Below, one piece after another: positions 22,033 to 33,900 of a stretch of DNA of 64,000 nucleotides. Position 1 is the stretch's first letter; each line of letters begins with the position of its first letter. This stretch comes from Limnothrix sp. BL-A-16 (GTDB lineage Bacteria > Cyanobacteriota > Cyanobacteriia > CACIAM-69d). The notes under the pieces were generated by a model that saw only the letters and a program-made list of their open reading frames with translations, was not told the DNA's origin and searched no databases. Location of the stretch: assembly GCA_041937175.2 (NCBI GenBank), contig CP166615.1, positions 2,144,001-2,208,000 on the forward strand. Direction: 5' to 3'. The position numbers were made by a program, and so were the translations under genes.

Positions 22033-23727
22033 ATGAAAAAGCTTTTCTACGGCGACAATTTACAAGTTTTGCGAGACAACATTGGTGATGAAACCGTTGA
22101 TCTAATCTATCTCGACCCACCATTTAACTCAAAAGCTGACTACAACGTTTTGTTTTCAACTCCCAGAGGAGAACGATCAGAAGCGCAAATCACGGCTTTT
22201 GAAGATACTTGGGAATGGGGAACAGAGTCAGTTCGTTCTTTGCAGTCTTTGGTCACAACCAATGGTAATTTGGCAGAATTGCTTGATTTACTGGTTCGTA
22301 CCCTAGGCAAAAATTCACTATCTGCCTATCTCGTCATGATGGCCGTTCGACTCGTGGAGCTGCATCGAGTTCTGAAATCTACTGGCAGTCTTTACCTACA
22401 TTGTGACCCTACAGCTAGTCATTATCTAAAGATGATTTTAGATGTGATTTTTGAGCCACAAAACTTCAAGAGCGAAATTGTTTGGAAAAGAACCAGTGCC
22501 CACAACTCTGCTCGACGGTTTGCGCCTGTTCATGACGTTATATTGTTCTATACAAAATCGGATCGTTACACATGGAATTTGGTATATCAAACCCATAACA
22601 AAGACTATCTAGAGTCTAAGTATCGCTATGGAGATGAGCGAGGCATCTATAGACTTGATAATCTGACTGCTCCTGGAGTCAGGAATGGAGAATCAGGGGC
22701 AAGCTGGCGAGATATCAATCCGAGCGATAAGGGAAATCACTGGAAGATCCATAAGAAAACAGTTGAATCGATTGTTGGTGTCGAACAAGCTAAGAAACTG
22801 GGCACTCTAGCCAAATTAGACTTGCTGGATCAACATCAATATATTTACTGGACTCCTAAAGGTAGGGATGGTCACAAAGGATTCCCTCAATTCAAGAGAT
22901 ATCTAGGGGAGGGAGTGACAGTCCAAGATCTGATTCTTGACGTAGCTCCTCTGAATTCGCAAGCAAAGGAGCGTTTAGGTTATCCGACACAGAAGCCACT
23001 GGCGCTTTTGGAGAGAATCGTAGCGGCTAGTAGCAATCCAGGTGATGTTGTGCTTGACCCGTTTTGTGGCTGCGGAACTGCTGTTCATGCGGCAGAACGA
23101 TTGGGGCGGTCTTGGATCGGGATTGATATTACCCACTTAGCGATCGCGCTGATTGAGAAACGTTTGCGGGATGCTTTTTCAGGAATTGAGTTTTCAGTTG
23201 AAGGAACCCCTCAGGATTTAGAAGGAGCTAAAGATCTCGCCAATCGAGATAAATATCAGTTTCAATATTGGGCTTGCTCCCTGGTCAATGCTCAACCCTA
23301 TAAGGGTAAAAAGAAAGGTGCTGACGGTGGGATTGATGGTCAAATTTTCTTTAGTGATGCAGAGAGTCTTTCCCAGAAAAATCCTGTAATTAAGAAAATC
23401 ATTGTCAGCGTCAAGGGTGGTCAAAATATTTCACTGACGATGCTCAAAGACTTGATTGCTACTGTTGAAGGAAATAAAGCGGCAATGGGTTTATTTGTGA
23501 CGCTAGCTAGTCCAACCAAACCCATGATCAAGGAGGCTGCATCAGCCGGTTTTTATAAGTCAGCAGGGAATGGGCGGGATTATCCCAAAATTCAAATCCT
23601 GACCATTGAAGGATTGTTGAATGGCACTGAGCGCCCTGAGTATTTCGATATGAACTTGGGTGGTCTGAATTTCAAAGCAGCAGAAACAGAACGTGGAACT
23701 GGAATTTCTCAGGGGCAACTATTTTAA
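22033..23727 (+). CDS. Beta-class N6A/N4C DNA methyltransferase with C-terminal Mrr-like domain
   Basis: DPPF (motif IV) precedes YPTQKP and DPFCGCGT (motif I); C-terminal DGGIDG...IVSVKGG; AT-richer than neighbours. Confidence 0.88.
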   Translation: MKKLFYGDNLQVLRDNIGDETVDLIYLDPPFNSKADYNVLFSTPRGERSEAQITAFEDTWEWGTESVRSLQSLVTTNGNLAELLDLLVRTLGKNSLSAYLVMMAVRLVELHRVLKSTGSLYLHCDPTASHYLKMILDVIFEPQNFKSEIVWKRTSAHNSARRFAPVHDVILFYTKSDRYTWNLVYQTHNKDYLESKYRYGDERGIYRLDNLTAPGVRNGESGASWRDINPSDKGNHWKIHKKTVESIVGVEQAKKLGTLAKLDLLDQHQYIYWTPKGRDGHKGFPQFKRYLGEGVTVQDLILDVAPLNSQAKERLGYPTQKPLALLERIVAASSNPGDVVLDPFCGCGTAVHAAERLGRSWIGIDITHLAIALIEKRLRDAFSGIEFSVEGTPQDLEGAKDLANRDKYQFQYWACSLVNAQPYKGKKKGADGGIDGQIFFSDAESLSQKNPVIKKIIVSVKGGQNISLTMLKDLIATVEGNKAAMGLFVTLASPTKPMIKEAASAGFYKSAGNGRDYPKIQILTIEGLLNGTERPEYFDMNLGGLNFKAAETERGTGISQGQLF

Positions 23728-23746
23728 CTTTGCTAAGTAGCTAGAG

Positions 23747-24766
23747 ATGATGAACGGATTGATTGGAATGGGAGAGCCAACCCGATCGATCCTGGTGTTG
23801 GGACTGGCAGCAGTGATTGATTGGCTGGTGGGTGACCCTTGGAGTTGGGTGCATCCGGTGCAGATCATCGGGGCATGGATCGATCGCTACCGTCGTTGGG
23901 TTTGGTCTTTGGCCGCTCCCGATCGGGTTCAGCGCTGGTTAGGGGTGGGTCTGGCATTGTCCACGATCGGGGGTGCAGGGGCCCTGGCTGGGGCGATCGG
24001 GTCGTTAGCCGCCAAGCTACATCCCCTTTTGGGTTTAGGAGTCGAGGCGGTGATGGTGGCAGCTTGCTTTGCGGGTCGCAGCTTGCGGGATGCGGCGGCA
24101 GATGTGTTGGAACCGTTGGCCCGCGAGGATTTGCCGGAAGCGCGATCGCGGCTCAGTCGCTACGTGGGCCGGGAAACGGAGCATCTTGATCGCCCAGAAA
24201 TTTTGCGAGCCGTGCTGGAAACGGTGGCGGAAAATGCCGTGGATGGTGTTTTGGGGCCGCTGTTTTGGGCCTTGTTGGGCGCGGGGGCAACGGTAATTTT
24301 CGGGTGGGGCCCCGGGGCGATCGCAGCGGTGGCCTTGGGTTACAAGGCCGCCAGCACCCTCGATTCGATGGTGGGCTATAAAGATCCACCCCATCGGAAC
24401 TTGGGTTGGTTCAGCGCTCGCCTGGAAGATCACCTCACTTGGTTACCCTGTCGATTAACCGTGGGATCGATCGCCCTGCTTTCAGGAAAGCCCTTACAAG
24501 TTTGGAATCGCTGTCGGCGGGATGGAGCGCTGGATCCCAGTCCCAATTCCGGCTGGAGCGAGTGCGCCTACGCGATGGTCTTGGGGGTACAACTGGGGGG
24601 TGAAAATCGCTATCGCGGTCAAGTGAAACACAAGCCTCTGTTGGGAGATCCCCAGCAACCGATCGAACCGGAGACCGTGCGATCGGCTTTGGGTTTGACC
24701 CGGGTGGTCTTTTTGGGGTGGTTATGCGGGGCGATCGGGCTATTGGCGCTAGGATTTTTGCCATGA
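23747..24766 (+). CDS. cbiB: Adenosylcobinamide-phosphate synthase CbiB/CobD
   Basis: GDPWSWVHPV, ETVAENAVDG, STLDSMVGY, SPNSGWSE. Confidence 0.95.
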   Translation: MMNGLIGMGEPTRSILVLGLAAVIDWLVGDPWSWVHPVQIIGAWIDRYRRWVWSLAAPDRVQRWLGVGLALSTIGGAGALAGAIGSLAAKLHPLLGLGVEAVMVAACFAGRSLRDAAADVLEPLAREDLPEARSRLSRYVGRETEHLDRPEILRAVLETVAENAVDGVLGPLFWALLGAGATVIFGWGPGAIAAVALGYKAASTLDSMVGYKDPPHRNLGWFSARLEDHLTWLPCRLTVGSIALLSGKPLQVWNRCRRDGALDPSPNSGWSECAYAMVLGVQLGGENRYRGQVKHKPLLGDPQQPIEPETVRSALGLTRVVFLGWLCGAIGLLALGFLP

Positions 24767-25839
24767 CCACTGTTTCCCACCCGATCCATGGGGGCAACCT
24801 GGCTTGGGCCGCCGCGATCGCCCATTGTGCGCCCTCTGAAATTCTGGACTTCTCCGCCAGTATCCATCCTGAGGGCTTGCCACCCAGCATTTTGGCCGCC
24901 CTCACCGCCGCCTTGCCTTCCCTCGCCGCTTACCCGGATCCAAACTACGGCGAATTGCGCCAGGCTCTCGCTCAGCACCACAACCTCGACCCAGATTGGA
25001 TTTTGCCAGGCAACGGGGCGGCGGAACTCTTGACTTGGGCCGCTCGGGATTTGAGTCAGTTGGCCGCAACCGTGCTGCCCGTGCCGGCCTTTGCGGACTA
25101 CGGCCGAGCCTTAAGGGCGTTTGGGGCCAGAATTGTGCCGATCGCCCCCGTGGAGCCTTGGGTTTGGGATTGGGGCGACTGGCTGAATCGCGATTGCGCC
25201 GCCTATGGCTTGGTGCTGAACAATCCTCACAATCCCACCGGTCAACTGTGGAACTACGATCTTTTGCGGCCCCTGTGCGATCGCTTTGGGCTGGTGGTGG
25301 TGGATGAGGCGTTCATGGATTTTTTGCGCCCGACTGAGCAACCCACCGTCGTCAAATGGGTTCAGGACTATCCGAACCTGATCGTGATTCGATCGCTCAC
25401 CAAGTTCTACGCCATTCCGGGACTACGGCTAGGTTATGCGATTGCCCAGCCCGATCGGTTAACACGCTGGCAACAATGGCGAGATCCCTGGTCTGTCAAC
25501 GGTTTAGCCGTAGTCGCCGCCTTGGCAGCCCTTGCTGATCGCCCCTTTGCCGAAAAAACCTGGACTTGGCTGGCATCGGCCCGATCGGAACTGTTTTTGG
25601 GTCTACAAGCCCAACTGGGCCTCACCCCCTATCCCAGCGCCGCCAATTATCTGTTGGTCAAAACCGCCCTGCCCAGCAATCAACTCCAGCAGCAAGTGCT
25701 ACGGCGCGATCGGATCTTGATTCGAGACTGTTCCAGCTTCCCAGAATTGGGCGATCGCTTCTTTCGGGTCGCGATCAGAACCACCGTCGATCATCAGCGG
25801 CTGCTGCAATCGCTGCGACAAAGTTTGGTAGTGCCGTAA
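24763..25839 (+). CDS. cobD: Threonine-phosphate decarboxylase (cobalamin synthesis)
   Basis: HGGN, DFSAS, NNPHNPTG, RSLTKFYAIPGLRLGY; ATGA overlap with cbiB. Confidence 0.92.
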   Translation: MTTVSHPIHGGNLAWAAAIAHCAPSEILDFSASIHPEGLPPSILAALTAALPSLAAYPDPNYGELRQALAQHHNLDPDWILPGNGAAELLTWAARDLSQLAATVLPVPAFADYGRALRAFGARIVPIAPVEPWVWDWGDWLNRDCAAYGLVLNNPHNPTGQLWNYDLLRPLCDRFGLVVVDEAFMDFLRPTEQPTVVKWVQDYPNLIVIRSLTKFYAIPGLRLGYAIAQPDRLTRWQQWRDPWSVNGLAVVAALAALADRPFAEKTWTWLASARSELFLGLQAQLGLTPYPSAANYLLVKTALPSNQLQQQVLRRDRILIRDCSSFPELGDRFFRVAIRTTVDHQRLLQSLRQSLVVP

Positions 25840-26010
25840 TTCAGTAATGATGAGCCGGTGAAAGTCTTGTGGCGTAAGCGACCAGTTACCGAAAATCATC
25901 ACCTCACAGGCACTATTTTTAAAGAATTTTAAAAGATAAGTGATTTTGTGATTTTTGGCACTACCTTGATAAGGTGATCAGTCGGATTCTCCATTCACTT
26001 GAAAATTACA

Positions 26011-26715
26011 ATGCGACTCACTGTATCAGCCGCCATCATTTCAGCCACCGCTGCGCTTGTTGCGGCTAGTCCAGCAACTGCCCTAACCTTACTCAATAGC
26101 TCTGGATCTTGGGGCACTCCGTCTGGAACCGCATATTACGAGTTTCAGAGCACTAGCAGTGAAAGCCAAGTTCGGTGGGGATCTCCAGCCAGTGTAGCCG
26201 GAACTAGCGGCCTTGGATTTACTGGCGTAGGAACAACATCCATTACCCCTGGTAATGTCTTCCAACTGGGAGTCTTGCAGCATTTCAACAATCCCATCTT
26301 TGGTGGAACTGCGGCTGAGTCAGTTGGCTTAACGGTCGCCTTACAGTTTGCGGAAATCGCCAACCAAACCTTTAATTTCACGTTGGATATTGACGAAACA
26401 ACCAACGATGGATTTTGTGCATACTACAGTGTCACTCCCTGTGCAGATAAAATTAGCTGGAACAATGCCTTGGGAGACCGCTCATTCTCTTACGCAGGAA
26501 AGCAGTACACTCTGGAATTGTCAGGGTTCAAATCTTCTCCTATCGGTGATCTGGTTGCTGACTTTATCTCCCAAGAAGGTGGAACCAGTACAGCCTATTT
26601 ATACGGTCAGATCCGTGAAGTGCCCGAAGAGCGCAGCACGCCAGAACCATCGCTCATGTTTGGCTTGGCAGGATTTGCCGCTTTGGGTTTGCGTCGCCGT
26701 TGGGTCAATTCCTAG
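26011..26715 (+). CDS. PEP-CTERM surface protein (choice-of-anchor K/THxN-like domain)
   Basis: Signal peptide; LQHFNNPI; C-terminal TPEPSLMFGLAGFAALGLRRR. Confidence 0.9.
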   Translation: MRLTVSAAIISATAALVAASPATALTLLNSSGSWGTPSGTAYYEFQSTSSESQVRWGSPASVAGTSGLGFTGVGTTSITPGNVFQLGVLQHFNNPIFGGTAAESVGLTVALQFAEIANQTFNFTLDIDETTNDGFCAYYSVTPCADKISWNNALGDRSFSYAGKQYTLELSGFKSSPIGDLVADFISQEGGTSTAYLYGQIREVPEERSTPEPSLMFGLAGFAALGLRRRWVNS

Positions 26716-26838
26716 GGTTTTATGACTGTTTTAGTGCTCTACAGCTCTGAGAGATCATAAATTGCGACATCACATTTTCAGTCTTTGCTTAATTGGGCCT
26801 TTGCCCAAGAAACACAGTCCCCAAAAAGTAAAGACTAC

Positions 26839-26881
26839 AAAAAAGGGTCTCAAGCATTTAATCATTTGCTTGAGACCCTTT
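26839..26881 (-). terminator. Intrinsic terminator of crhR (possibly bidirectional)
   Basis: 15-bp stem AAAGGGTCTCAAGCA / TGCTTGAGACCCTTT between convergent genes. Confidence 0.85.
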
Positions 26882-26945
26882 GGAATTTTTGAGTTTTTTT
26901 GGAACTTTCGAGTCTGTCATTAACCAAGAGACAGACTCTGAGCTT

Positions 26946-28466
26946 TTATTCGCCGACGGGAGCGAAACGGTTGCGATCGTTCATCTTCACCGGCGCATCG
27001 GGGCGGGGACGATTGGGGTTCGGACGGCGATCGCCACCCCCACCAGCACCCCGGCGACGGGAGCCACCGCCGTAGTTACGGCCACCGCGATCGCCTCGGC
27101 CACCGCGATCGCCCCGTTCGGGACGCTCAGTTTCAAAGTTATCGTCACCAAAGACCCCTTCAACTTGCCAAGCGGGCCGTTCCATGTCGTAGAACATTTG
27201 CAGCGCGGCCGCCGCCACTGCCCGAGGATCGTACTCCTCACCCAGTTGCGACACGATCGGCAGGAACGAAGCCACCCGATCGCTGGTCAGTGCTTCCTTA
27301 ACCCGGTTCTTGAGGCGATCGATCCGGCGAGCTTCAATCTCGGCACGGGTCGGCAAATCCACCGGCTGCATCGATTGGCGCGTGTGCCGCTCGATTTGGC
27401 GAATCCGATAACGCTCCAGGCTGTAGGACAAGGTAATCGCGCGACCCGTCCGACCTGCACGACCCGTCCGACCAATCCGGTGGACGTAGTTTTCTAAGTT
27501 GTCGGGCAGATCGAAGTTGAATACGTGGGTCACCCGATCCACATCCAAGCCCCGAGCAGCAATGTCAGTCGCCACAATCAGCTTCAACTGTCCCCGACGG
27601 AAGCGCGTGATCAGGCGTTCGCGTTGGGCTTGGTTCAGGTTCCCGTGATATTCATCGGCACTGTAACCAGCCGCTTGCAGTTGCACGGTCAGTTCCGCAG
27701 CCCCCTGCTTGGTGCGCACAAAGATCATTGCTGATTCAGGATCTTCTAGCTCCAGGATCGGCAACAGGGCCCGAATCTTGTTGCAACCACGAGGAACCGT
27801 ATACAGCACCTGTTCAATGCGGGTGGGAGTCGCTTGGGGCTGCTCCACCGTCACGAACACCGGATCCTTCAGGAAGTTCGCCACCAGACGACGAATCGTC
27901 GGACTCATCGTTGCGGAGAAGAAGGCCGTTTGGCGCGCGGCGGGCAGCGAGCTACAAATCTTTTCAATGTCCTGAATGAAGCCCATATTCAGCATTTCAT
28001 CGGCTTCATCCAACACAAAGTAACGCACCTGGTCGAGGCGCAAAGCACCACGATCCATCAAGTCCATTACCCGACCGGGCGTGCCGATCGCAATTTGTGC
28101 GCCCCGTTGCAGTTGGCTAATTTGCCGATCAATCGATTGGCCACCGTAGACCGTCACGGTTCGCAAACGAGAACCGGGGCCCACAAACTTCTCGATCGCC
28201 TGGGAAACCTGTAACGCCAGCTCACGAGTCGGGGCCAGAATCAATGTTTGAACAGTGCGATTGGCATCATCAATCTGCTCCAGCATGGGCAGCCCAAAAG
28301 CCGCCGTCTTGCCAGTTCCAGTTTGAGCCAAGCCAACCACATCTTTTCCTTCGAGCAAGGCGGGAATCGCGCGTGCTTGGATGGGGGTGGGTTCAGTAAA
28401 GCCAAGGGTTTCCAGATGAGCAGCACGGGTTTCCGAGAGGCCGAGGCTTTGGAAGGAAAGGGTCAT
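26946..28466 (-). CDS. crhR: DEAD-box RNA helicase (CrhR/DeaD type)
   Basis: AQTGTGKT, PTRELA, DEAD, SAT, HRIGRTGRAG, RG-rich tail. Confidence 0.93.
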   Translation of the reverse strand: MTLSFQSLGLSETRAAHLETLGFTEPTPIQARAIPALLEGKDVVGLAQTGTGKTAAFGLPMLEQIDDANRTVQTLILAPTRELALQVSQAIEKFVGPGSRLRTVTVYGGQSIDRQISQLQRGAQIAIGTPGRVMDLMDRGALRLDQVRYFVLDEADEMLNMGFIQDIEKICSSLPAARQTAFFSATMSPTIRRLVANFLKDPVFVTVEQPQATPTRIEQVLYTVPRGCNKIRALLPILELEDPESAMIFVRTKQGAAELTVQLQAAGYSADEYHGNLNQAQRERLITRFRRGQLKLIVATDIAARGLDVDRVTHVFNFDLPDNLENYVHRIGRTGRAGRTGRAITLSYSLERYRIRQIERHTRQSMQPVDLPTRAEIEARRIDRLKNRVKEALTSDRVASFLPIVSQLGEEYDPRAVAAAALQMFYDMERPAWQVEGVFGDDNFETERPERGDRGGRGDRGGRNYGGGSRRRGAGGGGDRRPNPNRPRPDAPVKMNDRNRFAPVGE

Positions 28467-28925
28467 GAGTACGCTTCGTAACGGATGAACAACCAAAACC
28501 CAATCTCGCAGTTAGCCCCGAAAACCCGCAGCACGATCTAGATTGCACGGCTGGGAATCTTATTTGAATAGCGGTCGTCTGTGTTGCCGCAGAGTCAATA
28601 CGTCCTTTCTGATGGGATGACGCGTTGACCCTAACCGCACGATCGCCCCCCGAGCAAGCGGGGCAGATTAGGCAAAATTGGGCGCTTTAAACAGTCAGAC
28701 GAGTGTTAACTCGTTCTTTACTTAAAATAACTTAAAAAATGGCAATACGATCGTAAATGCCCTAGATTTTTCTGGGATCACGCCATGTCAGGAAACCGCG
28801 CGATCACCTCAATCCCTTAGCAGTAAAGCACTTCGCGCGTTTCAGCTTCTCTCTAAACTTGGGGTGACTGAGATGCACTAGGGCCACAAATGGCGAAGAT
28901 ACGTCTACATGAACAGCACCATTGG

Positions 28926-30098
28926 CTACTTCCCTAGATCCATTGGTTGTTTGTTTACAGTGCCTCGGTTAAGTACTTCAGTCTTGATGCTTGCTAACCG
29001 ACAAGTTGTCTGCTGGGTATCCTTACCCAGCTCAGTACTCAAATTCTTTTCCCCAGTCGCCGGATTGTCCTGAGAGCAGCTCCGCCGATCCAAACCATAG
29101 CGCCCTTCTGGGTTACCTCGAACTGCCAAAATCACCTTCTGGTTTTGGTTAGCTTCATTCTTCTGTAGCTGCTGCACTGTTCTGGTCGATTTGGTTTCAT
29201 CCAAAACGCAAGCATAGACACTGCGAACTCCCTCAAAATCGCCCTTCAGTGACTCCAGACTGGGCGTAACTTCGTACTGTGCCGGACATTCTCGTTCTGT
29301 ACCTAAATTTACATCCTGAGTATCGTCCACAAAATCCACTAACACATCTGGATTCGGATCCCCAAATGTTGGTCTTTGAGCGCCGGGTGGTGTGTTGCCA
29401 TCTGCTGTTCTAGGCCAGGTTTGTAAGGTCAAACCACTGCTCACATCCAGAGGGTCACTAAATTCACCCGATTTTTTGCCTTTCTCGTTAAACCTTTTCA
29501 TTGCCCATCTTGTGATTCTGGCACGACCATCCCACTTGTCATCCTCTTTGTTGTTTAGAAAATATACAACTAGAGTGTAGGTTCGCCCCGAAAGCTCATA
29601 TAGGTTACAATCAGGGTCTTCACAATTTTCAGGAATAGGATCAAGTTTCCAAAAAGCAATCAATGGAAGGCTATTATCATCTGGTAGTTCTAAGCCTCCA
29701 TCGCCACCGAATAGGCCTGGACAATAATCAGTTTGTCCAGGAGAAGACTGCCCTTCCCATAGGCACTTGCCAGTGTAAACATAGATCGCTTCTCGGAGTT
29801 CATTACTCATAAACTCCGCAGCAATTCCCATATCACGCATGGTTTCCGACCTTGCCAGTTCTCGGCGGTTGGTTGAAACCAACTCCACCACAATCCCCAA
29901 TAGTCCTGAAACAATCAGCCCTGCAATCAAAGCCGAGATCAGTAACTCAATGAGCGTAAAACCAGCAGTTTTCGTTTCAACCAATCTAGGCTTATTTGTC
30001 AATCTACTGCGAGCAACAGATGCTTGGCAATTACTAGACAGACGGTTGATTAGGCAAAGATTTTGAATCCACTTTAGTGCTTTTTGAATTGGAATCAT
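28926..30098 (-). CDS. Prepilin-type pseudopilin (HpsC-like)
   Basis: N-methylation motif GFTLIELLIS; ELREAIYVY; third gene of the hpsA-like operon. Confidence 0.8.
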   Translation of the reverse strand: MIPIQKALKWIQNLCLINRLSSNCQASVARSRLTNKPRLVETKTAGFTLIELLISALIAGLIVSGLLGIVVELVSTNRRELARSETMRDMGIAAEFMSNELREAIYVYTGKCLWEGQSSPGQTDYCPGLFGGDGGLELPDDNSLPLIAFWKLDPIPENCEDPDCNLYELSGRTYTLVVYFLNNKEDDKWDGRARITRWAMKRFNEKGKKSGEFSDPLDVSSGLTLQTWPRTADGNTPPGAQRPTFGDPNPDVLVDFVDDTQDVNLGTERECPAQYEVTPSLESLKGDFEGVRSVYACVLDETKSTRTVQQLQKNEANQNQKVILAVRGNPEGRYGLDRRSCSQDNPATGEKNLSTELGKDTQQTTCRLASIKTEVLNRGTVNKQPMDLGK

Positions 30099-30901
30099 GG
30101 ACTGACCTCACTTCCAGTTTTGGTTTTACATTCTTCTGTATTTCCATTTAGCAGGTAGCACATTTTTTCATACCCCTCCCTAGTATCTGAAACAGCCAAT
30201 TGAGTATAAATTACGGCCAACGGCTTAACTCCTTGCTCACCAGTGCTGCTGGTGAGTTGCAGGGAAGCTGCGGTAATGTCCAAAGGCTTACTAGCCCTCT
30301 GAATCGCTGGATAAGACCAAACTCGCACTCCGAGACGGAAAGCCACAGGAACTAAACCAGACTCACTTTCAATAGAGTTTTTATCAGAGGCCGGACTCCG
30401 AAATGTCTGCACTGCAAAGTCAGGTAGACCATCGCCATCAACATCCACTGGTCGCAACTCTAGAGCACCTACAAAAGGCACACCCGTATCATAGATACTA
30501 CGGGTAGATTCCATCGTTTTCCTAGCGGATTCTGGGTCAGGAATAATGGAAGGCGCAGGCGTTTTTTCAAACTCACTGCCTCCATTACTGCTTTCTTGGG
30601 GTAGAAGAGCTAAGTTATTAGTAAAGTCCCTCCGCTCCATAGTAACTCGCACTTTGTCCACTTCACCCTGGGCCACTTGAATGGCTTGTTCTGCCCGATT
30701 GCTCTGGACTCGCGAGGCTGTTGCCAGAAATAGGGGAGGCGTGATCGCCACCGCCACCACAGACATCATCACCAAGGCCACGATGCATTCCAGCAACGTC
30801 AGCCCAGATTCTGAGCCTGAGATTTGGGACTGCCTGCGCCAGCGGCAAACCCAGTAATTGAACGCGGCGTTAGACATGACGGGTAAGCCTCGCAAGTTCA
30901 T
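30095..30901 (-). CDS. Prepilin-type pseudopilin (HpsB-like)
   Basis: GLTLLECIVA...ATASRVQSNRAEQAIQVAQGEVD. Confidence 0.8.
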   Translation of the reverse strand: MNLRGLPVMSNAAFNYWVCRWRRQSQISGSESGLTLLECIVALVMMSVVAVAITPPLFLATASRVQSNRAEQAIQVAQGEVDKVRVTMERRDFTNNLALLPQESSNGGSEFEKTPAPSIIPDPESARKTMESTRSIYDTGVPFVGALELRPVDVDGDGLPDFAVQTFRSPASDKNSIESESGLVPVAFRLGVRVWSYPAIQRASKPLDITAASLQLTSSTGEQGVKPLAVIYTQLAVSDTREGYEKMCYLLNGNTEECKTKTGSEVSP

Positions 30902-30913
30902 CGGGACAGATTA

Positions 30914-33900
30914 TCAGCAACCATCAGGGGTGGTCTCAATGGAACGCCGTAAAGCACAGATGTAAGGATCACCGGCTTCCGGTTCATTGTAGAACTCGCT
31001 CCGAGCTGCACCTGGTGTTATGAAGCGGCTGGAAATCGGCCCAGCCGGAGCATATTGCAATCCCACGTCGTAGCCCCAGAGTCGTTTTGGGGTTTGGTAG
31101 TAGGGAATATCATCCTGACCGCCGACTGGACGCTGATTGATTTCCCAAGCATCGTGCTCATAGGGGCCTGTTGAGGACGTGCGGAAGTTTAGCTGCAAGA
31201 AGGCTCCCGAAATGGTTTGAGACTGGCTGGAGTTACTACCGCCCCAGTTTTCCAGCATGGGGAGGAAGTTATGGAAACCGCCATAGCTCTGGTTTTCTCG
31301 GCTGGAGCCAATGCCGCTGATAAAGATGGCATTCGCCTCGGTTGTGCTCGCACCGGGTAACACACCATTCGCACCACGACCATAGCGTTGGCCCAAGGGA
31401 ACTGTTTGGTAGTTACCGGTGTAGGGATTGGGTCGCCCAAACTCCGGACGGGCCACGTCTTCATTGATTCGCTGTAGGGGCTTGCCAGTGTAATCCACTG
31501 CCACAGAGCTGGTGAAATCAAACCGGTTTTCGTGCCACCAATCCAGCACCAAATCCCGTTCCTGAGCAGACATTTCTAGGGGACGGTTTTGGGCATAAAA
31601 CGAAGTGGTGGGCGAAGAAAGCGAGCCAACCCGCTGGCAACCATACCAATCTGCCAGTCTGGGTGAAGCATTCAGGAAGGTATCTCGAACACTGCCATCG
31701 CAGAAGTTGCCAGAGACCAACGTGATCGAGTCTGCTAGCAGTTCCACAGGTCGCCAAGTATCTTTATCGGGACGGGCAAAACTTAGATTGAGATCCTGGT
31801 CAGGACTACGACTACCTCGGGAGTAGAAGTTGCCATAGTTGTCTCGGTTGAGGATCGTTTTGAACTCTTCAGCCAACACTCCACCCACTCGGTGCAAGTT
31901 GAAGTCACCCTTCACGAATAGAGGATTATCCGTAATGAAGGAGATTCCAAAAATGTTGGACTTCTCATCCCCCCCACCTTCACGTTTGATCAAAGAACCG
32001 TTGATCAATCGGAACCCATGGGGTCGCCGATCGGGATCGGCGTAGTAGTCCACGGGTTTAGGACTAATGCCGGTCACGTCGCTGATCGGCGGATCTTGCC
32101 CCAAGGGATTGCCACGACCAATGCTCATGCGAGCACTTTCGGTGTCTAGGTTATAGCTCGACCAGGTGGTAGAGGGCGATCGCTCGATCGCGTCTTCCCG
32201 GGTATTGTCCTCCCGGAATGCATAGATGATGCCGCCTGCTTCGTTCTTCTTCAGGTTGCCAAAGGTCAGCCACAGATCTCCCAGAGCAGATGGGGCGTAG
32301 GTTTTTTGCCGCAGCATGTCGATATCGATATCTAGCACCCGCTCCACGAGGCGCTCTCGCCCGTCCATCAGGGCTGCATCCTTGAAAGCAACCCGGTGAT
32401 ACTCGATCGCCTTGTCCGCTTTGGCCCCATCGTTGTCCACTGCCACAAACAACATCTGGGAGCAGTTAGGAGCGGAATTGGTACAACTACCCGTTGGCGT
32501 GAGATTGTCGTCCACAGGCAGCAGCCAATCAGCCACTTTCCGAGGCTTGATGATGATTGACTCCAGATCCTTATCACTCAGCACCTGGAAATTACCCTGA
32601 GCAACCGTCAGATAGGGATCGAAATACAGCTTGTCGTAAGGCGCATAGAATGGATCCGTAGCCTTGGGTTGGGCATGATCCACCTCCACGGACAGGGTAG
32701 CCGTGCCCACTTCCAAGTCGGGGATTAGCGTTTTATCTCCATCCGCATCGTGAGCAATGAAGTCTTCAGATAGGGGCCGCGGGAACAGGTAGTACAGTGC
32801 AGGATATTCGGGTTCTACGGGGCAGAGAGTACCTGCCAAGTGCAGAAACCGCTTCTCTTCCGCAACAGTTCCAGGAACTCCGTAGCCAAAGTAGTTATTC
32901 CCCGTGGTCTTACTGAAGTCGCAACCAAATTCATAGGTTTTGGCTTGCTCGTACACCCGGCCGCCAAAAGCATAGCCAACGGTTAATGATCCGGAGGGCG
33001 GTGTGGGGGTCAGGTCATTTTGGACGGTGTAGCTGTAGTGATGTTTGGCGGTTTCCGCAGGGATGCTGCCAGCGGTGTTTTTGACCCGGCCGAAGTGGGT
33101 GGCAAAGCCAAAGGTACGATCGCGCTGGATTTGCTCTCGGAGTGCAATTAACCTGGCCCATTGTTGCAACTCAGTGGGTTTCAGTGGGTCGCTGTCCAAA
33201 CGGTTGAGGGCCGCTCCGCTGGTGCTCTTATCTGCCAGGGCCGCAACGTAGGCCTCCGGGGGCACCAATGGCGTAACTTCATCCGTGGAAGCGGTGGTTG
33301 CTGCAAACGGATTCTCACCAGGCTTCAGGGCTGGATCCGCAGCCGGAATCCGCTTCAGCAGGGGCGGACTAGCCAGGGGTTGACCGCCCTGAGTTTTGAG
33401 GCTGGCCAACTGCACTTCCACAAAATCTGCACCCTCCTGATCACGGCTATTGAAATCAGAGGGACTGCGCAGCCCAGAGTTTCCTGGATAAACCCGCACA
33501 GAGAAGGGCCCCGTGGTGTCTCCGGGGCGGAAAATGTCAACTCGTCCCAACTTGCGGTCATTGGCGCTGTCGGTGCGGGCCCCCGAGAGCCACTCCGCAC
33601 GGGAGGGGTCTTCCTTTTTATTCCAGGCTGGATCGTTGTCCCCAATTTTGCCGAGGGCTTCTGCCAGCTTATCGAGAACGGTAGTTTGGAAGTCCGGATC
33701 GCTGTAGTCGATCGCATCCAAATAGGCAATGTTGTAAGCCAACATGCCAGTGCTCAGGGCCGCAGTCTGCTGAGTGGTCGCATCAGCTGGACTGTTGTTG
33801 GTGTCATAGAGGGCCCGGCGCAAATTACTAAAGTCGCCCCACTTCACCAACTGCGGCAGCGGGTGAGTTTTGCCCGCTTCCTGCTTGGCGGGAAACGCAC

